The position numbers and the translations under genes were made by a program. From positions 1,366,001 through 1,430,000 of the forward strand of contig CM075993.1 in the NCBI GenBank assembly GCA_038087875.1: DNA of 64,000 nt, given 5' to 3'. Of this stretch, positions 48,007 to 60,417 are shown piece after piece (within the stretch, counting starts at the first letter, position 1; each line of letters begins with the position of its first letter). The notes under the pieces were generated by a model. The model was not told the DNA's origin and did no database searches. It worked only from the letters and a program-made list of their open reading frames with translations. The DNA is from Malacoraja senta. Taxonomy: Eukaryota.

Positions 48007-51000
48007 AATATGTACAAAAGGGACAGATTGCACCTTAACAGGTGGGGGATCGGCATTCTAGCAGGCAGGTTTGCCATTGCGACACAGGTGGTTTTAAACT
48101 AAATAAGGGGGGGGGGGGGTGTCAAATGGAATAGTCAAGGACGGAGTTAAAGGGAAAGGGAGTAAAGGGATAGTTAATGACCTCAGAATTAACGGGAAAG
48201 GAAGCTCGCAAAGGGATAGGAGAGTATGGCCAAGTGTAATAGGGATCGATGTGAAAGGTGAGATGCATAAGGAATTAAAAATATTGTATTTGAATGCGCG
48301 AAGTATAAGAAGTAAAGTAGATGAGCTTGAGGCTCAGTTAGAGGTTGGTAGATATGACATTGAGGGGATTACCGAGACGTGGCTGCAGGAGGATCGGGCC
48401 TGGGAACTTAATATTCAGGGTTATACATCCTATAGAAAGGACAGGCAGGTGGGCAGAGGAGGGGGGGCAGCTCTTCTGGTGAGGAATGGAATTCAGTCCC
48501 TTGCGAGGGAAGACATAGGGACTGACGAGGTAGAGTCACTGTGGATTGAGTTGAGGAATTGTAAAGTAAAGAAGACACTAATTGGTGTTATCTACAGACC
48601 CCCAAATATTAGCCCGGATGTAGGGTGTAAGTTGCAGCAGAAGTTAAAACTGGCATGTAACAAAGGTAATGCCCCTGTGGTGATGGGGGATTTCAATATG
48701 CAGGTAGACTGGGAAAATCAGGTTGGTTCAGGACCCCAAGAAAGAGAGTTTGTGGAGTGCCTCCGAGATGGATTCTTAGAGCAGCTTGTAATGGAGCCGA
48801 CCAGAGAAAAGGCAATTCTGGATTTAGTGTTGTCCAATGAACCAGATTTGATAGGAGAACTCGAGGTAAAGAAACCGCTTGGAGGTAGTGATCATAATAT
48901 GATTAGTTTTCATCTGCAATTTGAGAAGGAGAAGGTTAAATCGGAAGTGTCAGTGATGCAGCTGAACAAAGGGGACTATGAAGGCATGAGAGAGGAGCTG
49001 GCCAAAGTAGACTGGAAAGGGATCCTAGCAGGAATGACAGTGGAAGAGCAATGGCAGGAATTTCTGGGCATAATCCGGAAGACGCAGGATCATTAAATTC
49101 CAAAAAGGAAGAAAGATTCTAAGGGGAGTAGGAGGCAACCGTGGCTGACAAGAGAAGTTAGGGATAGAATAAAACTCAAAGAAAAGATGAATAACACAGC
49201 AAAGAGTAGCCGGAAGCCAGAGGATTGGGAAACTTTCATAGGACAACAGAAGGAAACAACGGGCAATGCGGGCTGAAAAGATGAAGTACGAGGGGAAGCT
49301 GGCCAGGAATATAAAGAAGGACAGTAAAATCTTCTTTAGATATGTTAAGGGAAAAAGAATAGCAAAGTCAAATGTGGGTCCCTTGAAGGCAGACACAGGT
49401 GAAATTATTATGGGGAACAAGGAAATGGCAGAAGAGTTGAACAGGTACTTCGGATCTGTCTTCACTAAGGAAGACACAAACAATCTCCCAGAAGTACTGG
49501 AGGACAGAGGATCTAAGGGGGTCGAGGAACTGAATTTTCATTAGGCGAGAAATAGTATTGGGTAGGCTAATGGGACTGAAGGATGATAAATCCCCTGGGC
49601 CTGATGGTTTGCATCCGAGGGTCCTCAGGGAGGTGGCTCTAGAAATAGTGGACGCATTGGTGATCATTTTCCAATGTTCAATAGATTCAGGATCAGTTCC
49701 TGTGGATTGGAGGATAGCTAATATTATCCCACTTTTCAAGATAGGAGCGAGAGAGAAAACGGGGAATTACAGACGTTAGCCTGACCGGTGGTGGGAAAGA
49801 TGCTGGAGTCAATTATTAAAGAGGTAATAATGGGGCATTTGGATAGCAGTAAAAGGATTAGTCCAAGTCAACATGGATTTATGAAAGGGAGATCATGCTT
49901 GACTAATCTTCTGGAATTTTTTGAGGATGTGACAAGTAAAATGGATGAATGGGAGCCAGTGGATGTAGTGTATCTAGACTTTCAGAAAGCCTTTGATAAG
50001 GTCCCGCACGGGAGACTGGTGACTAAAATGAGAGCACATGGTATTGGGGGTAGGGTGTTGACATGGATAGAAAATTGGTTGGTAGACAGGAAGCAAAGAG
50101 TAGGAGTGAACGGGTCCTTTTCAGAATGGCAGGCAGTGGCGAGTGGAGTGCCGCAAGGCTCGGTGTTGGGGCCGCAACTGTTTACCATATATATTAATGA
50201 TTTGGAAGAGGGTATTAGGAGCAATACTAGCAAGTTTGCGGATGACACAAAGCTGGGTGGCAGTGTGAACTGTGAAGAGGATGTTAGGAGGTTGCAGGGT
50301 GACCTGGACAGGTTGAGTGAGTGGGTAAATGCATGGCAGATGCAGTATAATATAGATAATTGTGAGGTAATCCACTTTGGTGGCAAAAACAAGGGGGCAG
50401 ATTATTATCTCAATGGGGTTAAGTTAGGTAAGGGGGAGGTACAGCGAGACCTGGGTGTCCTTGTACACCGGTCACTGAAAGTTGGCGTGCAGGTACAGCA
50501 GGCAGTGAAGAAAGCTAATGGAATGTTGGCCTTCATAACAAGAGGATTTCAATATAGGAGTAAAGAGGTTCTTCTGCATTTGTATAGGGCTCTGGTGAGA
50601 CCACATCTGGAGTATTGCGTACAGTTTTGGTCTCCTAATTTGAGGAAGGACATCCTTGTGATTGAGGCAGTGCAGCGTAGGTTCACGAGATTGATCCCTG
50701 GGATGGCGGGACTGTCATATGAGGAAAGATTGAAAAGACTAGGCTTGTATTCACTGGAGTTTAGAAGGATGAGGGGGGATCTTATAGAAACATATAAAAT
50801 TATAAAAGGACTGGACAAGCTAGATGCAGGAAAAGTGTTCCCAATGTTGGGCGAGTCCAGAACCAGGGGGCCACAGTCTTAGAATAAAGGGGAGGCCATT
50901 TAAGATTGAGGTGAGAAAAAACTTTTTCACCCAGAGAGTTGTGAATTTGTGGAATTCCCTGCCACAGAGGGCAGTGGAGGCCAAATCACTGGATGGATTT

Positions 51001-51163
51001 AAGAGAGAGTTAGATAGAGCTCTAGGGGCTAGTGGAATCAAGGGATATGGGGAGAAGGCAGGCACGGGTTATTGATTGGGGACGATCAGCCATGATCACA
51101 ATGAATGGCGGTGCTGGCTCGAAGGGCCGAATGGCCTCCTCCTGCACCTATTTTCTATGTTTC
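48007..51163 (+). mobile_element. Long CR1 LINE: end of ORF1, disrupted ORF2 (APE endonuclease + RT), 3' tail
   Basis: YKRDRLHLN..LN* ORF1 end; YLNARS, GITETW, YRPP, GDFN, SDH endonuclease motifs; [29 protein letters not shown] motifs; one stop and several frameshifts; ttctatgtttct tail. Confidence 0.96.
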
Positions 51164-52134
51164 TGATATAGAGACTAAACAGGAATCTAGTCTCTAGAGA
51201 ATTCTCCTTTTTAATTCTTTGTGGGCAACATTGTCGGGAAACTCAACACTTGCACTAACATGGACTTGCTTTATTAAGGTCATAAGTGATAGGAGCAGAA
51301 TTAGGCCATAAGTCCGTCAAGTCTACTCCACCATTCAATCATGGCTGATCGATCTCTACCTCCTAACCCCATTCTCCTGCCTTCTCCCCATAACCTCTGA
51401 CACCTGTACTAATCAAGAATCTATCTATCTCTGCCTTAAAAATATCCACTGACTTGGCCTCCACAACCTTCTGTGACAAAGAATTCCACAGATTCACCAC
51501 CCTCTGACTAAATATATGTGTTGCTTTTTCTGTCAGGAACTATTTATTGCTAAAGGTGCTTTTGTACTCATGCCTTGTTTGTGGTCTCTCCTTTAGAAAC
51601 TGTGTAATTATCTGTGTAATTTGTGTTTATGTCAATATGAATGTGAAGCTGCCACAAGCAAGATACTATCTTTGCACCTGTACCAATGTGTACTCCGGCC
51701 TATTGCAATAGGCATGAGTACACATTGGACTTGGAGCAGCCACATAACCTCTATGGTTGCAAGAGCCATCAAAGACTGGGCGGAACAGCGGTAGAGCCAC
51801 TGCCTCCCAGCGGCAGAGACCGGCTTTCAATCCTGACTGCGGGTTCTGTTGGAGTTTGGACTGTGTGGTGTTTGCACGTTCTCCCTGTAACCGCGTGGGT
51901 TTTCTCCGAATGTCTTTTCTTTCCATAATAAGTTGGGCAACATCAGTGGACCTCACTAGTTTAGAAAAAAATCAGGTCCACTGCATGGAACCGACTAATG
52001 GCTGGAGTCCTGCCGTTGGATAAGAGAAAATATACCTTAGAACAGAGTACAACACAGGAACAGGACTTTCAGTCTGAAGAAGGGTCTCGACCCGAAACGT
52101 CACCCATTCCTTCTCTCCAGAGATGCTGCCTGTC

Positions 52135-53510
52135 CCTCTTTGTCGGGTACGTAGAACAATCCTTGTTCAATGCGTACCAGGGCCCCATCCCCGACCTCTA
52201 CATCGATGATTGTTTTGGTGCCACATCCTGCACCCACACACAACTGACTGACTTTATCCGCTTCACCACCAACTTCCATCCGGCACTCAAATACATCTGG
52301 ACCATTTCCGACACTTCCCTACCATTCCTTGACCTCACTATCTCCATCAAAGGTGATAGACTCCTTACCGACATCCACTACAAACCCACCGACTCCCATG
52401 GCTATCTGGACTACACTTCTTCCCACCCTGCTTCCTGTAAGGACTCCATCCCCCACTCCCAATTCCTCCGTCTACGCCGCATCTGCTCCCAGGATGAGGC
52501 GTTCCACACCAGGGCATCTGAAATGTCCTCATTCTTCAGGGAACGGGGGTTCCCCTCCTCCACCATAGACGAAGCTTGCACCAGGGTCTCTGCCATACCC
52601 CGCAACACTGCTCTCTCTCCCCATCCCCCCACTCACAACAAGGGCAGAGTCCCCCTAGTCCTCACCTTTCACCCCACCAGCCGTCACATACAACAAGTGA
52701 TCCTCCGTCAGTTTCACCACCTCCAACGTGACCCCACCACTCGCCACATCTTCCCATCTCCCCCCATGTCTGCCTTCCGCAAAGACCGCTCCCTCCGTTA
52801 CTCCCTTGTCAATTCTTCCCTTCCCTCCCATACCACCCCCTCCCCTAGTACTTTCCCTTGCAACCGCAAGAGATGCAACACTTGTCCCTTCACCTCCCCC
52901 CTCGACTCCATTCAAGGACCCAAGCAGTCGTTCCAGGTGCGACAGAGGTTCACCTGCATCTCCTCCAACCTCATCTATTGCATCCGCTGCTCTAGATGCC
53001 AGCTGATCTACATCGGTGAGACCAAGCGGAGGCTTGGCGATCGTTTCGCCGAACACCTCCGGTCGGTCCGCAATAACCAACTTGACCTCCCGGTGGCTCA
53101 GCACTTCAACTCCCCCTCCCATTCCGTATCTGACCTCTCTATCCTGGGTCTCCTCCATGGCCACAGCGAGCAACACCGTAAATTGGAGGAAATGCACCTC
53201 ATATTCCGCTTGGGCAGTCTACATCCTGGGGGCTTGAACATTGAATTCTCCCAATTTTGCTAGCCCTTGCTGTCCCCTCCCCTTCATCAGCCCTCTCGTT
53301 GTCTCCTCCCTTCCCCTCCCCCAGCCCTCGGGCTCCTCCGCCTTTTTCCTTTTTTCCTTTCTTCTCCCCACCCCCTATCAGTCTGAAGAAGGGTTTCGGC
53401 CCGAAACGTTGCCTATTTCCTTCGCTCCATAGATGCTGCTGCACCCGCTGAGTTTCTCCAGTATTTTTGTGTACCTTCGAATTTCCAGCATCTGCAGTTC
53501 CTTCTTTAAC
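52135..53510 (+). mobile_element. Penelope-like retroelement, 5'-truncated (RT C-half + GIY-YIG endonuclease + tail)
   Basis: Open frame to 53263: YIDD, LPFLDL, HYKPTDSHGYLDYTSSHP, NLIYCIRC..YIGETKRRLGDRFAEH. Confidence 0.95.
53383..53413 (+). ncRNA. Minimal hammerhead-ribozyme-like motif in Penelope tail (representative copy)
   Basis: CTGAAGA-A-GGG tttcgg CCC-GAAA-CGTT; variant CTGAAGA-A-GGGTC tc GACCC-GAAA-CGTC at 42033, 52074, 61198 and in many - strand copies. Confidence 0.6.
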
Positions 53511-54289
53511 AACATGCTGCCTGTCCCGCTGAGTTACTCCAGCATGTCTATCTTCAGTGGAAACCAGCATCTGCAGTTCCTTCCAACACATTCTGTCTGT
53601 TGACTCCAGGAATTAGTCTAATTAACCTTCTGTGACTGCTTTCACTATTTATGCATCTTTCCCTAACTAAAGACCAATGTAAAACACTGTCTAGTTCTCA
53701 CGAAAGATCAATATAATTAAGCCATGATCTTCCTATTTTACACTCAATTCCACTAACATAAATGGTGTGAAGAAGGGGCTCAACACAAAATGTCACCTAT
53801 TCCTTCGCTCCATTGATGCTGCCTCACCCACTGAGTTTCTCCAGCATTTTTGTCTACCATCGATTTTTCCAGCATCTGCAGTTCTTTCTTAAACATAAAT
53901 GGCAACATTCTGTTGGCTTTGCTATCTACTTGCTCTGTGTTCATAATAGTCTTTGTAAGTCATTCACCAGGAGATTTGGAACTTCAACGAATAGTCTCTT
54001 GAACTTCTACAGGTGTACGGTAGACAGTTTAGTGACTGGTTGCATCACGCCCTGGTTCAGAAACTCGACCGCCCTGGAATGACGGAGATTACAGAGAGTG
54101 GTGGACACTGCCCGGTCCATCATGGGTTCTGACCTCCCCACCATCGAAGGGATCATCAGGAGGTGCCAGCTTCGTCAAGGACCCACACCACCCTGGCCAT
54201 GCTCTCACTTCACTCCTGCCCTCGACAAGAAGGTACAGGCAAACTGTAACGTCCAGGTTCAGGAACAGTTTCTTCCCAACAACCGTCAG

Positions 54290-54945
54290 GTTAATTCCCG
54301 GGTTGGCGGGACTGTCATATGTTGATAGAATGGAGCGGCTGGGCTTGTATACTCTGGAATTTAGAAGGATGAGAGGGGACCTTATTGAAACATATTAGAT
54401 TATTAAGGGTTTGGACACGCTAGAGGCAGGAAATATGTTGCCGGTGTTGGGGGAGTCCCGGGATGGCGGGACTGTCATATGTTGATTCCCGGGATGGCGG
54501 GACTGTCATATGTTGATAGAATGGAGCGGCTGGGCTTGTATACTCTGGAATTTAGAAGGATGAGAGGGGACCTTATTGAAACATATTAGATTATTAAGGG
54601 TTTGGACACGCTAGAGGCAGGAAATATGTTCCCGGTGTTGGGGGAGTCCAGAACCAAGGGCCACAGTTTAAGAATAAGTGGTAAGCCATTTAGAACGGAG
54701 ATGATGAAACACTTTTTCACACAGAGGGTTGTGAATGTGGATTTCTCTGCCTCCGAAGGCAGTGGAGGCAGGTTCTCTGGATGCTTTCAAGAGAGAGTTG
54801 GATAGAGCTCTTAAAGATAGCGGAGTCAGGGGATATGGGGAGAAGGCAGGAACGGGGTACTGATTGGGGATGATCAGCCATGATCACAGTGAATGGCTCG
54901 AAGGGCCGAATGGCCTACTCCTGCACCTACTGTCTATTGTCTATA
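54290..54945 (+). mobile_element. CR1 3' fragment with internal tandem duplication
   Basis: About 165-bp segment 54293-54458 is repeated from about 54485, with a short third restart between. Confidence 0.85.
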
Positions 54946-56068
54946 TTGAACACTACGAACTCCAACTGAACTCCAAACTATAAACTGTCTGGGGTGCATT
55001 AGAGGCTTCAGACTTTGTTTTTGCACGATATATATTTAAACAGTGAACTTTTTTTTGTTCTTTATTACAGTATCTATGAGTAATGTTTACAGACCAGCTG
55101 TGCTGATGCATGTAAGAATTTTGTTGTTCCATTTCAGGGCCCACGACAATAAAACACTCTTGACTTCTGAGGATAGGTAGATCCCTCTCCGAGATCTGGA
55201 CCCTCTCGACAGTTGGATGATATGATATTTTACTTCCCCCTGTCCAAATGACCAATTTACCATTTTCCCATCTTACCCCATCCCCACAGGTCCTAAAATA
55301 CTATTCCTCTGCCGTTGTAGCCTCCATATAGCCTATTAAAGAGTTACTTTCCTACCTATATAATCTTCTCAGCAGATGTAGCCAAGATGCCTTTTGTACC
55401 TCCATCCAAATCATTTTAGTTTAGTGTAGGTAGGAACTGCAGATGCTGGTTTAAACCGAAGATAGACACAAATTGCTGGAGTAACTCAGCGGGACAGGCA
55501 GCATCTCGGGAGCGAAGGAATGGGTGATGTTTTGGGTCAAGACCCTACTTCAGACTTTAGTTTAGTTTAGTGATACAGTGCAGAAACAGGCCCTTCGGCC
55601 CACCAAGTCCGCGTCGGTCAGCGATTCCCACGCACTAACACTATCCTACACACACTAGGGACAATTTACAATTTTGCCAAGACAATTAGCCTACAAACCT
55701 GCACGTCTTTGTAAAAAATTGTGGTTCAGTCTCCGTGACAACATTTGTTACATTTTGTTTATCAGGAACGGACGCATCTTACATCAATTCTTCATTTCCT
55801 TTGCCATCAGTCAATCTATCCACACCAATATCATATCCCCAACAATCAGATCTTTTAAATCAAGCAACATTAATGTCACCTCAAATGCCTTGAGGAAATC
55901 TAAATGTAACCCATCAGCACCTCTTTATCAACAGCACACGTTGCCTCTGTTAAGAACTACTGTAAACTATTCAAACATGATTTCCCTTTCACACATCTAT
56001 GAAAGACACTAAAGCAGAGTAACTCAGCGGGACAGGCAGCATCTCTGGAGAGAAGGAATGGGTGACGT

Positions 56069-56801
56069 TTGAAGTTTGACAAACAAGTCAATGCCGTGGT
56101 AAAAGCTAGCTTCTTCCAGCTTCGCACGATAGCTAAAATAAAACAATTCCTCCAGTTTGACGACCTTGAAAAGATCATCCACACATTCATCTCCTCCCGC
56201 CTTGATTACTGCAACACCCTTTACACTGGCATCAGCCAATCTTCCCTGTCCCGCCTGCAACTGGTCCAAAACGCCGCAGCGAGACTTCTGACGGTCACAC
56301 GTAAAAGGGACCACATCACCCCGATTCTGGCCTCTCTCCACTGGCTCCCAGTACGGTACAGAATCAATTTCAAGCGCCTCTTATTCGTATACAAAGCCCT
56401 TAATGGGCTTGCCCCCACCTACATCAAAAATCTGCTAACCCACCATTCTACCTCCAGGTCCCTCAGGTCGGCCGACTTGGGGCTACTGACTATCCTGCGG
56501 TCCAGGTTTAAGCTCAGGGGCGACCGCGCTTTTGCGGTTGCAGCACCTAGACTGTGGAACAGCATCCCTCTTCTCATCAGAACTGCCCCCTCCATCGACT
56601 CCTTTAAGTCTAGACTTAAAACCTATTTCTACTCACAAGCGTTTCTTAAGGTCCTCTGAGCATTGTATGTATGTATTTATGTATGTATTGTTAGATCTAT
56701 GTACCACTGTTTGTAGCATGTTAGTACCTGCACTGATGTAAAGCACTTTGGTCAACGAGAGTTGTTTTTAAATGTGCTATAGAAATAAAATTGGCTTGAC
56801 T
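56069..56801 (+). mobile_element. L2 LINE 3' part, stop-free, with TSD
   Basis: ORF 56069-56659 HTFISSRLDYCN..LQLVQNAAARLL..LHWLPVRYRINFK; TSD tgacgttt at 56063-56070 and 56802-56809. Confidence 0.92.
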
Positions 56802-57522
56802 TGACGTTTCTGGTCGAGGCCCTTCTTCAGACGGCTCAGTCCCGCTGAGTTACTCCAGCATTTTGTGTCTATCTTCGGTGTAAACCAGCATCTGCAGTTC
56901 CTTCCTGGACTCATCTATGATGACTAGCTGATTATCTTGAATAATTCAGTGCTTTATCTTGGATTCTTGCATTGAAATGCATGTAAGCCGTTCATTAAAC
57001 GTCAACCATTGCATCTGAATTGGCCAAGTCCTTATTCAATTTGTCAGTTCACTTTCACCATTTCTGCTTTCATACCTCATAGCTGTCCTTATTTAAAATA
57101 TTAATCTTAGTTTCAGTTTAGTTTAGAGTTTAGAGATGCAGCGCGGAAACAGGCCCTTCGGCCCACCGAGTCCACGCCGACCAGCGATCCCCGCACATTA
57201 ACGCTACCCTACACTACACAATTTTACACTTATACCAAGCCAATTAACATGCGAGCCTGTACGTCTTTGAATGTGGGAGGAAACCGAAGATCACGGAGAA
57301 AACCCACGCAGGTCACGGGGAGAACGTGCAAACTCCGTACAGACAGCACCCGTAGTCAGGATCGAACCTGGGTCTCTGGCGCTGTAGGGCAGCAACTCTA
57401 CCACTGTGCCACTCTGAATCTTGAACCCATTCTTATCTGCTTCAAACTGAATGTAAAGTTTAATCGTGTTATAATCATTCTACGTAAGAATGCCGTCACG
57501 ATGAGGTCATTCACTTATTTTA

Positions 57523-57931
57523 AAATAAATCTTTTTATTTGAATTTCACAGCAATTGGCATACATACTATGATAACAGACAGTGACAGTCAAGGCATAAT
57601 TGTGCAACAGTATGTAAGCGACCCTCAAAACCCTTACCCTTACCCACCTTCAACCCACCCGAATCAGGTCGGAACCAAACGGGGACAAACAACACTCACA
57701 TACGTACACATCCACACACATATGGTAAGGTAAATGAAACAAAAAGTACTTTAAATTTTTTTTTTTTTTTTAATTTAAAAAAAGGGTCACTTATAACAGT
57801 AAATAAGTAAGTAATTAAATAAATAAGTGTGGGGAGGGGGGGGGGGGGGTTAAGGGAGAGCAGCTGCAGTAGAGCAAAAGAATGGTGGAGAGCACTCAGT
57901 CCTCTTCCGAGTCTGGGGACAAGTTGAGAGA
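57523..57931 (-). mobile_element. Non-LTR retroelement 3' tail with 17-bp TSD
   Basis: TSD gtcattcacttatttta at 57506-57522 and 57932-57948; AATAAA near the - strand end. Confidence 0.75.
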
Positions 57932-58443
57932 GTCATTCACTTATTTTATCTCGTTGTCAATGCAAAGCCTAGTTGAACTTCAGAACAAGTTGTTCCAGAA
58001 AGCTTTCGTAAAAACACTTCATTGTTTCCTCCTCCAGGTTATCTTAGTTTAGTTTAGAGATGCAGCGCAGAAACAGGCCCTTCGGCCCACCGAGTCCATG
58101 CTGACCAGCGACCCCCGTACACTAACACTATCCTAGACACACTAGGGACAATTTACAATTTTACCAAGCCAGTTAGCCTACAAACGTGCACGTCTTTGTA
58201 AACATTTATGGTTCAGTCTCCGTGACATAACATTTGTTACATTTTGCTTATCAGGAACAGACGCATCTTACATCAATTCTTCATTTCCTTTGCCATCAGT
58301 CAGTCTATCCACACCAATATCATATCCCCAACCATCAGATCTTTTAAATCAAGCAACATTAATGTCACCTCAAATGCCTTGAGGCAATCTAAATCTAATC
58401 CATCAGCATCTCTTTATCAACAGCACACGTTGCTTTTGATAAG

Positions 58444-58538
58444 TCTGAAGAAGGGTTTCGGCCCGAAACGTTACCTATTTCCTTCGCTCCATAGATGCTG
58501 CTGCACCCGCTGAGTTTCTCCAGCATTTTTGTGTACCT
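58444..58538 (+). mobile_element. 95-bp Penelope-tail insert with 14-bp TSD
   Basis: TSD ttgcttttgataag at 58430-58443 and 58539-58552; empty paralogous site near 55941-55954. Confidence 0.88.
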
Positions 58539-58639
58539 TTGCTTTTGATAAGAACTGCTATAAACTATTCAAACCTGATTTTCCCCATCACGCATCTATG
58601 ATGGACACAAAATGCTGGAGTAACTCAGCGGGACAGCCG

Positions 58640-59035
58640 TCAGGTCTGGTCAGGCAGGGTTTCCCTCTCTCCCCTGTCTTGTTGGGTCTTGAACCTTTTG
58701 CCGAGTCCATCAGGAATGACGTGAGCATAAGAGGAGTGACATTGCCAGGCCATGAGGGCACTCAGGTCAAGACCTCCTTGTACATGGACGATGCCGCCGT
58801 TTTCTGCTCGGATCCAGGGTCGGTCCAAAGATTGATCAGCGCCTGCGACCAGTTTGAGAACCGCAGGAAGAGCGAGGCCATGCTCTTTGGCAACTGGCCC
58901 GACCGATCTTCCGTCCCCTTCACCATCAAGCCTGACTTCTTGAAGGTGCTGGGGATCTGGTTCGTGGGGGGGGGGGGGGGGAGGAGGGCGTGCGGCAAGA
59001 ATTGTTTGGAGCGGATAGCCAAGGTCAAGCAAAGA
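58640..59035 (+). mobile_element. Tx1/L1-clade RT fragment
   Basis: VRQGFPLSP..LEPFAESIR..KTSLYMDD..LKVLGIWF. Confidence 0.82.
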
Positions 59036-59904
59036 TAGGGACTGTACAAACAGGATGGGTGACGTTTCGGGTCCAGATCCTTCTTCAGAAGCGTGTGACA
59101 ACAACCTCTTCATATCCACCCTGTCAAGACATCACAGAGTGCTGGAGTAACTCAGTGGGTCAGGCAGCATCTCTGGAGAACATGGATAGGTGACGTTTCA
59201 CAGTGTGCTCCAGATACCCCGGGTTCGATCCCGACTACGGGTGCTGCCTGTACGGAGTTTGTACGTTCTCCCCGTGACCTGCGTGGGTTTTCTCCGAGAT
59301 CTTTGGTTTCCTCCCGCACTCCAAAGACGTACAGGTCTGTAGGTTAATTGGCTTGGTAAATGTAAAAATTGTCCCGATTGCGTGTAGGATAGTGTTAATG
59401 TGCGGGGATCGCTGGTCGGCGCGGACCCGGTGGGCGGAAGGGCCTGTTTCCGCGCTGTATCTCTAAACTATAGAAGACTTCCCATCTTCTGCTTTGCGAA
59501 CATAAGCAGCTTCTCGATACTGTCCTCCAGTATCCCAACTAATTCCATAATGAGTCAATCTGAAAGAGGCCTTTGAAAAGGCAGCAATGTCCACAGGACC
59601 TTACAATTAATCATCAGCAGTGTTTGTGTCAGATTTCCAATGCATTCCCTAATCCACTAGTATGTCTTAAATAGCCCAATTTAATATTCTTATATTTGCA
59701 TTCTAGTATTATGCAACAGTTAGGCATAAATTACGCAGCTTATTGTGTACGCGCCTTCAGGAAGTAGTGTTTATAGAAATCAAGTATTAATCTCATAAAT
59801 ATGTTCTTTAAATGTACAAGGAAATAGGAATCATTGTCTAATCATGTAATGCATAATTTAAGGGACAGGTTTATAAAGTTACCAGAAAAATAGTATTGGT
59901 ATTG

Positions 59905-60417
59905 GAGATAGACACAAAATGCTGGAGTAACTCAGCGGGACAGGCAGCATCTCTGGAGAGAAGGAATGGGCGACCTTTCGGGTCGAGACCCTTCTTCAGA
60001 CTGGTTAGGGATGAGGGAAATGAGAGATATAGACGGCGATGTAGAGAGAGATAGAACAAATGAATGAAAGACATGCAAAAAAGTAACGATGAGAAAGGAA
60101 ACTGGCTATTGTTAGCTGTTTTAATAGATGAGAACGAGAAGCTGGTGCGACTTGGGTGGGGAGGGATGGAGAGAGAGGGAATGTCAAGTCAAGTCAAGTG
60201 AGTTTATTGTCATGTGTCCCTGATAGGACAATGAAATTCTTGCTTTGCTTCAGCACAACAGAACATAGTAGGCATTTACTACAAAACAGATCAGTGTGTC
60301 CATATACCATTCTATAAATATATACACACACAATGCCGGGGTTATTTGAAGTTAGAGAAATCAATATTCATGCCACTGGGTTGTAAGCTGCCCAAGTGAA
60401 ATATGAGATGCTGTTCC
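59905..60417 (-). mobile_element. Penelope 3' fragment interrupted by a Rex-like tail (about 60184-60332)
   Basis: Collinear with 15108-15575; gagagggaatg|ccggggtta is split by a tcaagtcaag-tailed insert. Confidence 0.75.

Noticed and set aside
48119..50882. Intact autonomous CR1 or domesticated RT gene
   Set aside because: ORF2 is broken by a stop at 49094-49096 and frameshifts, and most of ORF1 is missing
51998..52134. N-terminus of the 421-aa Penelope ORF as real protein
   Set aside because: Read-through of flanking DNA and a tail repeat; RT homology starts near CLSLFVGYVEQ
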